Shown here: one piece after another, positions 46,603-60,800 of the stretch | Numbering within the stretch: the stretch's first letter is position 1 | Layout: every line of letters begins with the position of its first letter | Source of the DNA: Mytilus californianus | Lineage: Eukaryota | Assembly (NCBI RefSeq): GCF_021869535.1 | Contig: NW_026262675.1 | Span: forward strand, 1,302,001-1,366,000 | DNA: 64,000 bases | Reading direction: 5' to 3' | Notes under the pieces: generated by a model | The model's input: only the letters and a program-made list of their open reading frames with translations | Database searches by the model: none | Told to the model about the DNA's origin: nothing | Position numbers and translations under genes: made by a program

Positions 46603-47150
46603 ACAAGAGTGCACACGCTGAAATGTCTCGCCTGGTTTACTTATAATTAATGATTGAACTTATGTTGAAAGTCTGTAATATGAAGATTTTACTACATAAA
46701 CTAAACATTATCAATGATCCATGTAAAAAGTAAAATGACAAAAATACCGAATTCCACATCAAACGAATGGAAAACAACTGTCATATTCCTGACTTGGTAC
46801 AGTCATTTGTAAATGTCATTATCAGGCAAGGTCAAAGGAACTTGTCAGACAGACGTGTACATTTTACAATCATACAGTACACCAAATATTGCTTATAGCA
46901 TATGAAAAACAGCCCGAATTTCAAAAACTGACCAATGAACCATGAAAAATTGTGTCAAGGTCATATGAAAACTCCCAGACAGACATGTACATCTTACAAT
47001 CATTCCATACAACAACTATACTGACCCTAATGTTTATAGTATCTGAGAAATAGACCAAACAACAAAAAAAACTTAACATTGATCGATGAACCATGAAAAT
47101 GGGGTCAAGGTCAGATGAAACCTACCGCAGTCTGACATGTGCATCTCGCA
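46603..47150 (-). mobile_element. HINE-like element fragment
   Basis: aacaagagtgcacacgctgaaatgtctcgcc end plus internal repeats (ttgaccaatgaaccatgaaaa...tcaaggtca...gacatgtacatcttacaatc). Confidence 0.45.
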
Positions 47151-48773
47151 ATCATTCCCTACACTAAATATAGTTGGAGCGCCGAATATGAAATGTGCTT
47201 CGGTCAACGCTTTTACATTCTAATAAAATTACACAAAGAAGCGTTCAATTTTTAAATGAAGATCCACCAACAAATATTCAATGTAAAACGATACATGCAC
47301 TTTTCATTCGACCCATTTTATAAGAAAAAACTATTATTGTTTATAAATAATCATAAAGGAACGAAGACAACGGCAAATTATTGTTTCAAATTGGTTCGTT
47401 TTTATAGAAATTAGAAAAGCCAGGATTGGAAACAAATGACGGCTATATCTATGGACTCAATGGCGGCCAATCAAAGTATAAGGAGCGTTTGGGTTTTTGT
47501 GATACCCGCAATCAATTTGGTCCTCCTTTTGACATCTACAAAAAGGAATATTGAACGTGAAAACTATACAAAGATTGCCAACTATGGTCAGCATTCATCA
47601 AAATTTCAATATTTCATAAGCTGACAGTGGCAATTCAATAAGATTCAGTGTAGTCCGGAAGGTTTCATTTTCAAAACTCATAAAGGCTCCCGTAAATTCC
47701 TTTGATTTAAAAAATAATAATGTGCCGGACTGTTCATATAATTAAACACGAACAGATCGGTTGGTTAGGAACCACAGGAATCTATATATACAAAAAGCTT
47801 AATTTGAAACCAGACACTCTACTGTGAATGTCAACCGATATTGACAAACATAAAGCACAGGACATATAGACATAAGATATAGACATAGATAAGACATGAC
47901 ATACACACAGAACATAATACATAAACATGCAAAAATATTAATCATATACAATGAAAAAACTTGGCGGCATACAAATGTAAAAAAATGCACTCATGCAGTT
48001 GTAAAACTGTTCAAACATAACTTTTTAACAAAGAAGAAGCACATATAGATATAAGTTAGGTGACATATTCTGCCATTCCTGGTGTTAAAAGGTTTTGTAA
48101 TTGTAAAAATACCTTTCTCCTCTAAGTTTCTTTTCATTTTTAATATGATGGCGGTAGTTTAAATTTTTCCTAAATTTCCCCATATGTTCTCTTTTGATTA
48201 CGTTGAAACTTGAAACATTGCACTGAATTTTAGCGGAACAGTTCATATTTTGCCAGAGCCTAAAACTATATGTTATTATATGTCTCTGATCTTACTAATA
48301 ACTAACTAAAACTGAATGCTTCCGCTGCTAGCATTAGACTTCATCATTGCTAATGTGTTGAATTAAATTAATAGTGTTTTATAAACTGGGAAGAGCACTA
48401 AATATCATACTGGAGACACAAATGAATCGCATCCGAATGAATTTTAGCAAGGATTTGTATAGTATATTATACAATACAAATCCTTGATTATAGCTAAATA
48501 GAATATAGAAAAATAATGAAATTATCTAATAAGCATAAATTCTACTTTGGAATTTTTTTCAATATTCTTCATTAGTTATGCCCCTCGAACAAATTTAAAA
48601 AGGTTTATATTGCAGTGTGCTGATCGAAGTGGTACGTTGTTGTATGGAATTTTTTTTTTGTTGGTAATATGTCAGAATATCAAATTGTCTCCCTTATATA
48701 AAAAATGGTCGAGAAAAGTTTACAACTTCCGCGATAAAAAGTTAAGGGTTTAACGCCCATAAAAGGCGATTCA

Positions 48774-48872
48774 ATGGCAGAGAGAAAATTTAGACAACAT
48801 ATTCTCAAAAGAGGGGATGCAGCTAAAATCCGAGATGAAGTTGCCCAGGAGATGCGAGAGAACATTATTCAA
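48774..48872 (+). CDS. DOCK9: DOCK exon 1
   Basis: MAERKFRQHILKRGDAAKIRDEVAQEMRENIIQ|gtaagt. Confidence 0.85.
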
Positions 48873-51800
48873 GTAAGTTGACAGCAAATATATTTTTTAC
48901 AAATGTCAAAATAATCAGATAATATTGACAGTAGAAATTATTCAGAATACAATAGACATAAGACAGGTTCTGTAAATTGATAGTTTGAGCTAAATTATCA
49001 GCTAATTAAAAGCTTGATCCAATACAAGTTTGAAAAATTATATTATATTTTTTAAATGGAATTTCAGTTTTCATTTTTTTTGGGAAGAGTATCCTGGTGT
49101 CTTCGGTTCTCGATAACATAACAAACAAGTTGATCGTATCGCAAGTAAAGCTAATAAATATGCCCAAGTTTGTTTGTGTTATTTTATTAAACACTTGCCT
49201 TTATTTTCCCAAAATCCCGAAGCTTTCCCCGTGAAATAGTCCGAGATTACTCTGACGTCCAATGGCTGTTTTGCCAGACAAGCACGGCCTCAGCTTGTCT
49301 GGCAAAACAGCCATTGGACGTCAGAGTAATCTTGGACTACCCGTGAAACACAGAACAAAAAACAAAACATTTGTATTTTTACACCTTTATGACATGTTGA
49401 GCACTGCATCATCAGTTCTCGATAGTTTTCAACATCAGTGCTCATTTAAAGACAACTCGGACCACTTTCGAAGACAATTTGGACTAGTTTGAAAGACAGC
49501 TCATACATTGTCATACCAGCTTGTGAAACACTTGTCAGACTAGAGGCTTTTACATTTGATATGATTTTGTTTATTTTCTAGATTTGACTGAAGTTGCATT
49601 ATACATATATACATGTATAACATTTGAAATTAAATTGTGCATTGCAAAGTATAGACCTCCAAGAATTTCGTTTGAATATTCTTAAAAGGCTTGAATATTC
49701 TTAAAACGCTTACCGGTAGGTTATCTTTTAAAGTACATGTACATGTATGTCTGTGAACCCAATTTTAACAGATTTAATGCAAGTCAAATCATTTTTTAAA
49801 CAATTAAATGTTTTCATATTTCTTTAGACATGTTAGAAATGAAGTAGTCATATGTTATCAAATAAAATTATATTACATCATTTTTTACTTAAATCTTAGA
49901 AATTTGAATGAACAAGGATATCAATTGGATCCGAATCTTAATCAAACGCATATGATACATCATTTATAACGAAGTTATTTTTAATTTCATTAGGAATAAA
50001 TTATTAGCTGCTATCTTTCAGTGTATCTTTTCCTAATGGTTACATCAAAATTATTTCACAAAGTTCTTCTTTATTGTCATGCTTCAATATGTATTTTTTA
50101 TGTCAAAACAGAAAACAAATACCGTTAACGTTATTCAGGGGCAAGATTTTTAACATTATTCGTTGTGAAGGTACTTCCATTACGACCCTCTTTCAACTAT
50201 TTCTGTGTTGTCTTCATACATTGTAGGCACTGGCTACGGTTACATAAAAATGTAACAATAATAAAAAAATTATTGTTAAATTGGAAACTAATTGCCGGAA
50301 TGCATGGTTGGGTAAGGAACCGATTAATTACGAATGTAACAATAATATTTGTGTCTACGGTTACATTGCGTTATTGTTACATCGTCATCAATGCACTGCA
50401 ATGTACGATGGGAGTAGTAATATCATGAATTTGTATTAAAATAAAACTTGAAAACTTTTATTTGAAATTTACAATATTGCATACAATTTTTTAAATTTTT
50501 ATTTACAATGACAGTTTCTACAAATCCAGTATGTTGTTTTTGGAGAATGCAGCCATCACAAACCAGTGATGAGGCATTGTGCACGTCTGTATTGCATACT
50601 GTACAATTCCATTCTGCACTTTTTGAAGTTAAAAATATTTGAGTCTTGATTTTGTTTTAGTTTCGATTCAAACGCATCCCAAGTTTTAAATTGTTCACCC
50701 AAAACAAATTTGGTAATAGGAATCACTTCATCCATTGTTCAAAGTGTAATGACAGTAATAAGGGTAGGTGTGCAGTTAAAAACATAGAAGTGAACACTTT
50801 TCTGTCCTAGTTCTTAACAACGAACCCTTGAAATATATTTTTCGCCTTTGGCACTACTAAACTGTAGCAGTATCTTTTAGAAAATCAAAACTTAATACTT
50901 AATTATATAAGGGTATTTAAACACTATTTGTTGAATATAAATAATATTATTATTATTATCATTATTACAAATATTATCTAGTACATATCGAAGAATTAAG
51001 CAACAAAACTATTGAAGGTTTCAGTTTAACAAATCTAGCTTACATGTACATGGCATTCTTTAATGTAACAATAACGCAATGTAACCGTAGACACAATTGT
51101 TATTGATATTATTTTATTATTGTTACATTTCCATGTAACCGTAGCCAGTGCCTACATTGTAAGTGGTCCAAATAGTCTTTAAACTGGTTGGAGTTGTCTT
51201 TAAAAGTGGTCCAAATAGTCTTTAAACTGGTTGGAGTTGTCTTTAAAAGTGGTCCAAGTTGTCTTTAGATTGGTCTGAGTTGTCTTGGTCTGACTTGACT
51301 TTGGTCCAAGTTGTCATGTAATCATATGTAGTAGGGTACTGCTGAATATGATTTTATAATATCTTTTACTCTTACAAGAGACTTACATGTACAAATGATG
51401 TATAATGCAAGAGATTTGCAACTAGATGAAATCTCTTGATATCATGTCATGTATTTGGCCCTCAATCATGAATTAATTGAAAATGTAACCAATACTGGTT
51501 ATATCAGATGTAGAAGGATGAAGGTGCATGACTGCTCACTTGTTCATTATTCTCATTGTGACATCTCTTCTGCGCTTATAAAAGGTATGCAATTTTTAAG
51601 ATTTGGGTCTAGGAACTGTAGAATCAAAAATTTAAACTTTTTTATCGAAAATCACAAAAAATATAAAATAATACATGCAATACCCTATTAAGAAATCATT
51701 TAGAACTTAATGTTTTGTAACATCATGCATATAATTTGTTATATAAAAAAAGAGGTACATGTATCAACCATAGCAACACCAGTCTTCTTTCTGTGACTTC

Positions 51801-54800
51801 AATGAATTTTGTTGTCAATTTACGACTTTCAATGGTTATAAAAAAATTAAAAAATGTCTGTTCATGAAAAAGAAGTGTATGAAAAATAATATGACAGCTG
51901 TTAGCTACATATACACCTATACTTAGATTTAAAATGGAGTTGCCAATCTCTTGTATGATATGTCTCTGTTGTTTCCCTTGAAAAAATATATCCCTAAAAC
52001 TCATGATTGAAGTTAAATAAATTAACACAGAATATTCACCTATGTGTTTTTTAATCATGCCTTTAAAGCTTTAAACTGAATTTTCAAGTACAGGTAATAA
52101 TGCAGAAACTGAAATTACATTTGAAAAATGTTAAACAGAGATAATTTTTTATACATGTAGCTCATTCAAACTATTCTCAATTTTATTTATTACATTGTAT
52201 ATAGCCAAATCAAGCTATATCAGCTGATATTGTACTGTATTTATACTGACCATGTTTGAGACTGACACCAATATTGGTTATATCAGCTGATATTGTACTG
52301 TATTTATACTGGTTAAGACTGACACCAATATTGGTTATATCAGTCGATATTGTACTGTATTTATACTGGTTGAGACTGACACCAATATTGGTTATATCAG
52401 CTGATATTGTACTGTATTTATACTGGTTGAGACTGACACCAATATTGGTTATATCAGCCGATACTGTACTGTATTTATACTGGTTGAGGCTGACACCAAT
52501 ATTGGTTATGTCAGCTGATATTGTACTGTATTTATACTGGTTGAGACTGACACCAATATTGGTTATATCAGCTGATATTGTACTGTATTTATACTGGTTG
52601 AGACTGACACCAATATTGGTTATATCAGCTGATATTGTACTGTATTTATACTGGTTGAGACTGACACCAATATTGGTTATATCAGCCGATATTGTAGTGT
52701 ATTTATACTGGTTGAGGCTGACACCAATATTGGTTATATCAGATGTAGAAGGATGAAGGTGCATGACTGCTCACTTGCTCATTATGCTCATTGTGACGTC
52801 TCTTCTGCGCTTATGAAAGGTATGCAATTTTTTGAGATTTGGGTCTAGGAACTGTAGAATCAAATCTATTAGTTTTGTCAAAGAAATTGGCTGGGCTGAT
52901 TTTCATGAATACTCATTACTCATGATCTTACTAGTTCACAAAACGATGAATGTTTCCTATACAAATTCTTGTGAAACTTTGAATTACAATGTATAAGAAT
53001 CAACAATTATATATATACTGAAGTTTCTACCAAGTCTACAACCTTTGATCAAAAGAAACTTTGTTTTTCAAATCAATCGATTTGTTTGAAATGCTTTTAA
53101 ATTTTTCATATTGCTAGTAATCGCAGTATATATATCACGTTCATGTACAGAGCAGGACATTAAAATATTCTTGTCAACATCATATTGAAATCCATCTTAC
53201 TTGTTTATTCCATTTCTGCTAATATTTTCTCTATTGATGTTTTTATTATGCCCCCGCCGTAGCAGTGGGGGCATTAAGTTTTACCCTTGTCCGTCTGTAC
53301 GTACGAAATTTGGTGGGGACACTTTTACCATTCTTCTTCCCTTTATAAACATAAAAATTGCTGAATTTTTCGTTTCCGTTCTCTAACTTTTGTTTGTTTC
53401 AACCAAATGTTATAAAACTTATACACAACCATTCTAGAGTTATGTGTGTTTACAAATAGAAAAATTGCTGAATTTTTAGTTTCTGTTCTCTACTTAAGTT
53501 AGCCTCAACCAAATGTTATGAGACTTACACACAAAACTCAGATCAAGTTCAAATTTGGGTAGCGTCACTTTTACCGTTCTTCAGTTATGTCCCTTTATAA
53601 CTACATGTATATGATATGCAAGCGGGGGCATCATCTGTGTCCACATGTGGACACTATCCACATTTATTTCTTTTCAATACAGAACTACATTTTTGTACTT
53701 TGCCAGTACTGTCTCTATCTATCTATCTTCGTATTTCCGCACTCAGTCACAACTTTGACTAAAATTACGTCTCATTTCATGTGCAGTAAATTCAGAAATT
53801 ATTGCGTTCATTTATTATCACAATTTTTGAAGAATGGACAAATATGTGAGATTTTAATTACTGGTAGATTGCCCAAGTATTTTCAGGAGTGTGGTCTACT
53901 GACAATGGACCCCAAGTGAGAGCATTGGTCATTACTATTTTTCTAAATAGAACATAATGAATTCATTTGTCAGATGTCATGAAAAAACCCATGCATATGT
54001 TTATTTTGCTCTACTATGCAAGATTTAAGCCAGACTTTATAGTTATACATTTGCAAAATAATGAGACAGTAGTGAATCATTTTATCCTTTAGGTCTTTGA
54101 TACACCTTCTGATAAGATCAACCAGTAAGTGATTTTCCCTTCAAACTTTTAACCTGCTTTTCAATCAATTAGCAAGATATTTGAAAGAATTTATGTAGAG
54201 CTGAGCAAATTGATATCTGAGAAGTTTAATTTTAACATTTCTTTATACTGCTTAATGCCTACAGCTATTCTGGGAAACACAATGAATTTATTCGTGGGGA
54301 ATACAATAAATTTATTGGTTAAGTTTAAGTTTTCAATCTATTCTTTCAAACAAATATGTTTGCAATTCTGCCCTTCAATTGGCACCTTAATTGGTAAATA
54401 CCTGGTAAAACAGATTTACACTATCTGTATTTGTTTCTGAATAAAAATTCAAAAGTCAAAGAGATATTTTTTTCTTGATCAGCCAAAAACAAAAAATGGT
54501 ACAAAAGAAGAAGGTAAAAAAATATAGACATTGAACAAAAAAAATCATATTAGTAAGATGAAAGCTCTACTATATAGCACAGTGCCTGTCAATCATAATA
54601 GTTAAAATTCAATATCATCCTCATCCATTTCAACTTTTCTTGCTAGTCTACTTGTTGAATGGACTGGTGAGATGACATGCCCATCATTTCTAAAAAAAAA
54701 TTACGTGGTTTCCTGAATGTAACATGGTTGGAAACAAGGTACATGTAGTCAAAATTTTCAGGCTAAGATTGGGGTGTGTGTAGTGTTTACAAATAGAAAT

Positions 54801-57800
54801 AGAAATGACAAATTCCTTTGATTAAATAGATCAAAATATCATTTGTAAGAAATATAACATTATGCTTTTGCATCAGGACTCAAGAGAATTAATATGTCAT
54901 TGTAAAGCATTTGTTTTACATATATGCACATTGTTCAGAATAGTTTGTTCCATACTAGAATTGTTATAGTATCATGAACCAGAGACAAAGTGCAGATTTC
55001 ATTAGTTGATGCATAATTAATTGTCAATAAAACAACTACATGTAAATTCATTACTGACTGGTTTGAAGAGCTTATTTAGATCTGTGTTAAAACATTTTCA
55101 CTTTTAAATGGTATTTTATTCAATTAGAAATCCACATACCCTTATAATTGCAAATAGATTCCCCTCCTTAGAGTTTAGAAAAATGTTGAACTTATTATAC
55201 TGAATTAATTACTTTTTTTTAGGTTCTTGGTATCAGGTATTCTTTTTAACATTTGATATTTATAAGGAAGGTGGTTTTTTTTATCATTTTTTCCGTTTGA
55301 ACCTTAATTGGATTATTTTAAAAGATTAGTTGAAACAACACTTTATTTGTTATTTCAATAAAAGGTTTTAAATAACAACAAGGAAGCAAAACTGACTAAA
55401 TCATCTATTATTTGTACATCTATATGATTACTGACATTTAGTGTTACCAAAAAATCACTGACCTTTTCTGAACTGTGTTTACCAGTTACATTTTTGTACA
55501 TGCAGTTATGTAAAATGATAAAGAATCACAGTTGATTGGATTTTCAGATTTGACTTTTGTTTTTTTGTATTTTGATTTGTTATTAATGGACAGAAGAAAT
55601 GGCATTGTGTCATCTAACTAGTGCAGTGAATACATATTTTTTGGATCCAATTTTAAAGGTGAATTGATTTCATTATTTCAAACAGAGTTTCAATTTGGAT
55701 TATAATTATAGATAAGTACTGTACAAGTAGAGCATTGTTATACATTTGTAGAAGTGTGTATAAGGTTTTTAAAAGTCATTATCTTATGAAAATAGAAATG
55801 TTTGTATAGATTTGAATGATAACCTTAGGATATAATGTAGACTTATTTTCTTGTTACCGATAGTTCTAAGCAGAATCAGTACCTTATGTGGTTTTGTTTT
55901 CCCTACCTCCTCAAATACATGTAAAAATGTACATGTATGGTCCTTGAATTAAAATTGTATTGTAGCATGTACTTATGTAAGCGTACTTTCATTCCGCCGT
56001 GTATTTATTCCGGGTAACTGTTTTTCACCAGAGAATATTGGATGTAAATAGTGTGAAAGCGTCGATCTTGATATTGTTGTTTTGTTTATATTAGACCGGT
56101 TTATTGTTTACATAAATAAATAGGTTAAAATTAAAATAATTTTCAAGGAACCAGTTTAATTAATCTGAGTCAATCTAGTAAATAATATTGATGATGACGA
56201 GGAGGATATTTTTATAACTCTTAAAATACGTTATCAATGATCAGGACATTGAACTTGATATACACCAAATTTAAAGAACAGATTTGTTCCTACATAAAGT
56301 TTCAATTATAGAAGCATCCTTTGATATTGACAAAGAAGATATGATTTTATATCCAAGTCGACCGAAGAGCAAATACACAGAAAAACTTCGGCAATCCAAT
56401 AAATATAAATATTACAATTAGTGAAAATTTAAAAGTATATGATTTTATAGATTTGCATAGAAAAATGTTTTAAATCTTATTCGTTAATAAGCATTATTGT
56501 GTTATCGTGTGTTCAAAATGAGTACTAATCACTTCATCAATGTATGGATCTAAAGCACTAGTGTAATTAATCCCGGTATAAAATAACTAGTGCAATCATT
56601 CCGGTTCAAAATCACTAGTGTAATAATTCCTGGTTCAAAAACACTAGTGTGAACATTCCTTGGATGAAAACTCTCCACTTTTTATATAAATCAGCTATGC
56701 AAGTTTCAAATACACTAAAAACTATAAAGCCACATTTTATATATATTTCCCCTTCAAAAAACCTTTTTTAGAAACTTATAATGACTGGTGGATGTTTTAC
56801 ACTGGACCCGGATAGAAAAACCTAGTGAATTTTTGTTGGTGGATAAAAATCACTGGGGATTTTCTTCCTCCGGACAAAGTACACTGGCGGAATCAAACCA
56901 CTGTTACACTTACTAGTGCTAAGACCTTTTAAAGAAGAACTTACATGAATGATATTTAGAATGCAGTTGCATTAATATCAGAGCATGTTTTTTAATGCAG
57001 AATTAGCTTAAGTCTCGTTATTAGTTCATGGTCAGTTGACTTTTTGAAACTAAAATATAATTACAATACATGTACCGGTATAAGGAATTTAAATTAGGAC
57101 TGTTCACCAGGGAAGTATCACACAATTTGTAATGCTTTTAGATTAGGAATGTTTACCAGGGAAGTATAATACAATTAGGAATATTTACCAGGGAAGTATA
57201 ATACAATTTGTAATGAATTTATATGAGGAATGTTTCCCAGGGAATTATAATTACAATATAGGGAAGTCATTATAATCATTCATTTCAAAACAGAAAATGT
57301 TACTCAGCTAATTATTTTGTATATATGAAGGATATTAACTTAGTAATTTTTTTGTTCAAGTGAATGACCATGTCAGGACTTTTTGAAGCTGGCTGTACAG
57401 TATGGGTACTACGTATTGCCCATTGTTGAAGGCCACCATACCTGACCTATAGTTGCTTACATTTACATCATTAGGTCTTCAGTAGATAGATGTCTCATTT
57501 GCAATCATAACCTATATATATATATCTCCTTATTTTTTATATTCAATCAGCTATTTGGATTTTTTTTTAATTTTCAGGCACGTCCAAAAGCCGTTGATCC
57601 TGTTGATTACGAAACCTATGTGACAAAGAATAAAACGATTCTACACAATGATCCTCAGAGAGAAATGCTCACATTCCCATATGATGACATTATTATTCCA
57701 GTAAGTCAAGTTATCATTAAGTTGTACTGTATGATTTACTGATGTTACTGTCTTACTGAACATGTATTACCATTAGGTTGTTAAATTCCCTCATTGTAAA

Positions 57801-60800
57801 ATTTGGGATCCAAATAAAACATTTACAATATATAGCATTGTTGATAGTAAAATACCAAAATATCTAAAGGAAATAGTTCCAGCTGTATTATGAGTGAAAA
57901 TACAGAAGCATTTGTTTCACATCAATTATTTTTTGACATCACTAATGTTATAAACAGCAGTAATGCACATAGGAATATGGTATACAAATGTGCATTTGAT
58001 TCCAGTTGTCACAATTGTTATATGTCAGTTATATTTTCCTTGATAGGATCAATGTAATGACTAATAGAATAATTGCTTTTGTAAAGTGAATTAGAAATAC
58101 ACCACTCCTGTCAAAAACCAGCAATGATTCAGTTGAACTTCACACATTTATGATAGTGAAACCTTCCAAAAATATACCCAGCTGGTAACTGAAGAGTTTG
58201 TCCAGATTAGACAGGTGTTTCTTTTACACAGGTTGAATTACTATATGATCTTCATTGTACATGTATGTACAGGTATAAAGGTTGAGTTTAGGTAGGTTTT
58301 TCAGTTTATGCAGGGCTCAGTTAGACAGGATTTACTGTATAGTTTTCATATTCAAATTTTGCAAGTAGCTATTTTCCTGTGGATATAGATTTTCCTGCTG
58401 CCTCAACTAATTAGAATAATTCTCCACTCTAGATTGTTATAGCATAGATTTTCTACAAGTTAATGTCAAACAAATCATAGAATATTAGATTGGTTCTTCA
58501 GCAAATAAAACAAAATAAACCCGTTATCTATACAAGATAATTTACAGGAATAAAGATTGGTTTGAAATTCATGTCGACAAAAACTCCTATTTACCGACTT
58601 ATTCATTCTTTTTACTGGATATAAGTTATGTCATTTTAAACTTTAAAGTTATTGAAATAGGCGTATGATGTATATATAGAACAAGGTTCACTTTTAGCTA
58701 AATATGGCCTTGAATTTCAACTTACTCATAAAACATCAGAAAGATCATAAGTTGGTTCTTCAATTGATCTATTTAAAAAGCCTTAATGCTTGGTAAAACA
58801 AATTTCCTCATAAGAGAACATTACATGCTCCAAAGCTAGCTTATTTTGGATACATTGTTAAAATATGATGATTTTGTGTATTTTTCTGATCTAAAAGCTT
58901 TAGGAAAACCTTGTCTGCAACCTACTATGCAAAATATTGTTTAACCGAAAGGAACATATTGTATCCCTGGACACAAACAATTTCTGGATAAAGAATTGCA
59001 GCCAAAGTAAATTATGCTGGAAACTGTTATTAGTATATATTATGGAGAAATTGGACTATAACTGACTTACAACACAAATCATGCATAATTAAGGTGTCAT
59101 TACTTCATTATTTAAAATGTGATATGTCAAAATAGCATATATTGTATTTTGAAATAGTAATATCACTGCTATTTCTATTTGAAACTTGTACAATGTAGTA
59201 TAGTGACCTGATTTATAAAACAGGCAATTCGCAAAATCCTGAAGCTAAAGAACAAGATTTTTATGCTGTTATAGTGTTCTTCATCTTAAAGTTACAGTTT
59301 ATAGGTCTTAAATAAGGAGCAAAAGCTCACACCCAAATGTGCATTCAAGAGCTCCCTTTACACTGGTTGGAAGCCATTCTTTGCCAAATGTTGATAAAGC
59401 TAATCTGTCTTTTGAAACACATAGATGTTGGGTAGTAAATGTATTAACAAATTACAGACTGTAATTGGCAAAGAGATATCTCCCATTCAAGTAGGTTTGA
59501 TCAAACGTTATGAATCTTATACACAATGCATATTACAACAAAACACAGATCAAGTTTAAATTTTGGTGGCGTCACTTTTACTGTTTGTTCTAGAGTTATG
59601 TCCCTTTACAAATGGAAAAATTGCTGAATTTTTCGTTTCCTTTCTCTAATTAACGTTTGCCTCAACCAAATGTTATGAAACTTATACACAATGCTTATTA
59701 CCACAAAACTCAGATCAAGTACGAATTTGGGTAGCGTCACTTTTACTGTTCTTAAGTTATGTCCCTTTATTACGTTATATGCAAGTGGGGGTATCATCTG
59801 TGTCCCATGGACACATTCCCCATTTATTTTGTTTTTCCATCAACATACAGATAATGCAGTCATTGAAAAGTAAAGCGGGGAACAGTTTTCTCTGACTGAG
59901 TAGCACTTTTTAACAGTTTTAGCATACACAAAAACTTCTTGTTTATCTGTAAAGAATTCATTAACTTGTTAAAATCAATCTTGCATTACTAGTGATTGCC
60001 AATATTTTAACTTAATTTTGTAAACTGAATGGTTCTTGTAAAATGGTAACATTTATCCAATAAAAAAAGCTGTTTGACCACAAATGTTTTGTAAGTTTGT
60101 TTTTATGAAAATGAAAGTTTTACAAAGAGGTAAAGGATTTTTTTTAACAAAAGGAGAGAGATATATAAGGTATATGTCTATGAGACAGCAACCCAACAAT
60201 GCAATGAAACCAATAAAGACATCTCTAGGTCATCATTAGCCTCCTGCTAAAGACATGTGACTAATTCCATATTATGCACATGTTACGCTCTAAGTTGCCT
60301 TGAGCCTAAACAAGTTTTGCATGTCTTTTTAAAGTTTTGATTGATTGATTGATTGTTTGTTGCTTAGCCTCCAGTGGCGAATGTTTACGGGACGTATTAT
60401 GGTATACTGTTGTCAGTCCGTCTGTCGTCAACATGTCGGACAATAACTCAAAAAGGCTTAAATCAATTTTCATGAAACTTTGGTGAATTGTTTATATCTA
60501 TTGACTTAAGATCCTTTTTCGATTTTAATAAATTTTGGATTTTACGTTTCCGAGTTATAGGATTTTATTCATAAAAAGGGGAAATTTTCCAGTTTTTTTC
60601 GGACAACCACTCAAAAATGCTTTGAGCAGTTTTCATGAAACTTTGGTGACTGGTTTATATCTATTAAAATAAGCTCCCTTTAGTTTTTTTTTTATAAATT
60701 TCTGATATGACATTGAGGAGTTATGGAACTTTATTCGTTGAAAAGCAACAGACATATAATGGGCTCATGGCGCAGCTCTTTATTAAGTTTTGTGGTGATG

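Noticed and set aside
56150-56420. Acidic peptide-like stretch (NNIDDDEEDIF) inside a degenerate TIR element
   Set aside because: Multiple stops and no recognisable domain.
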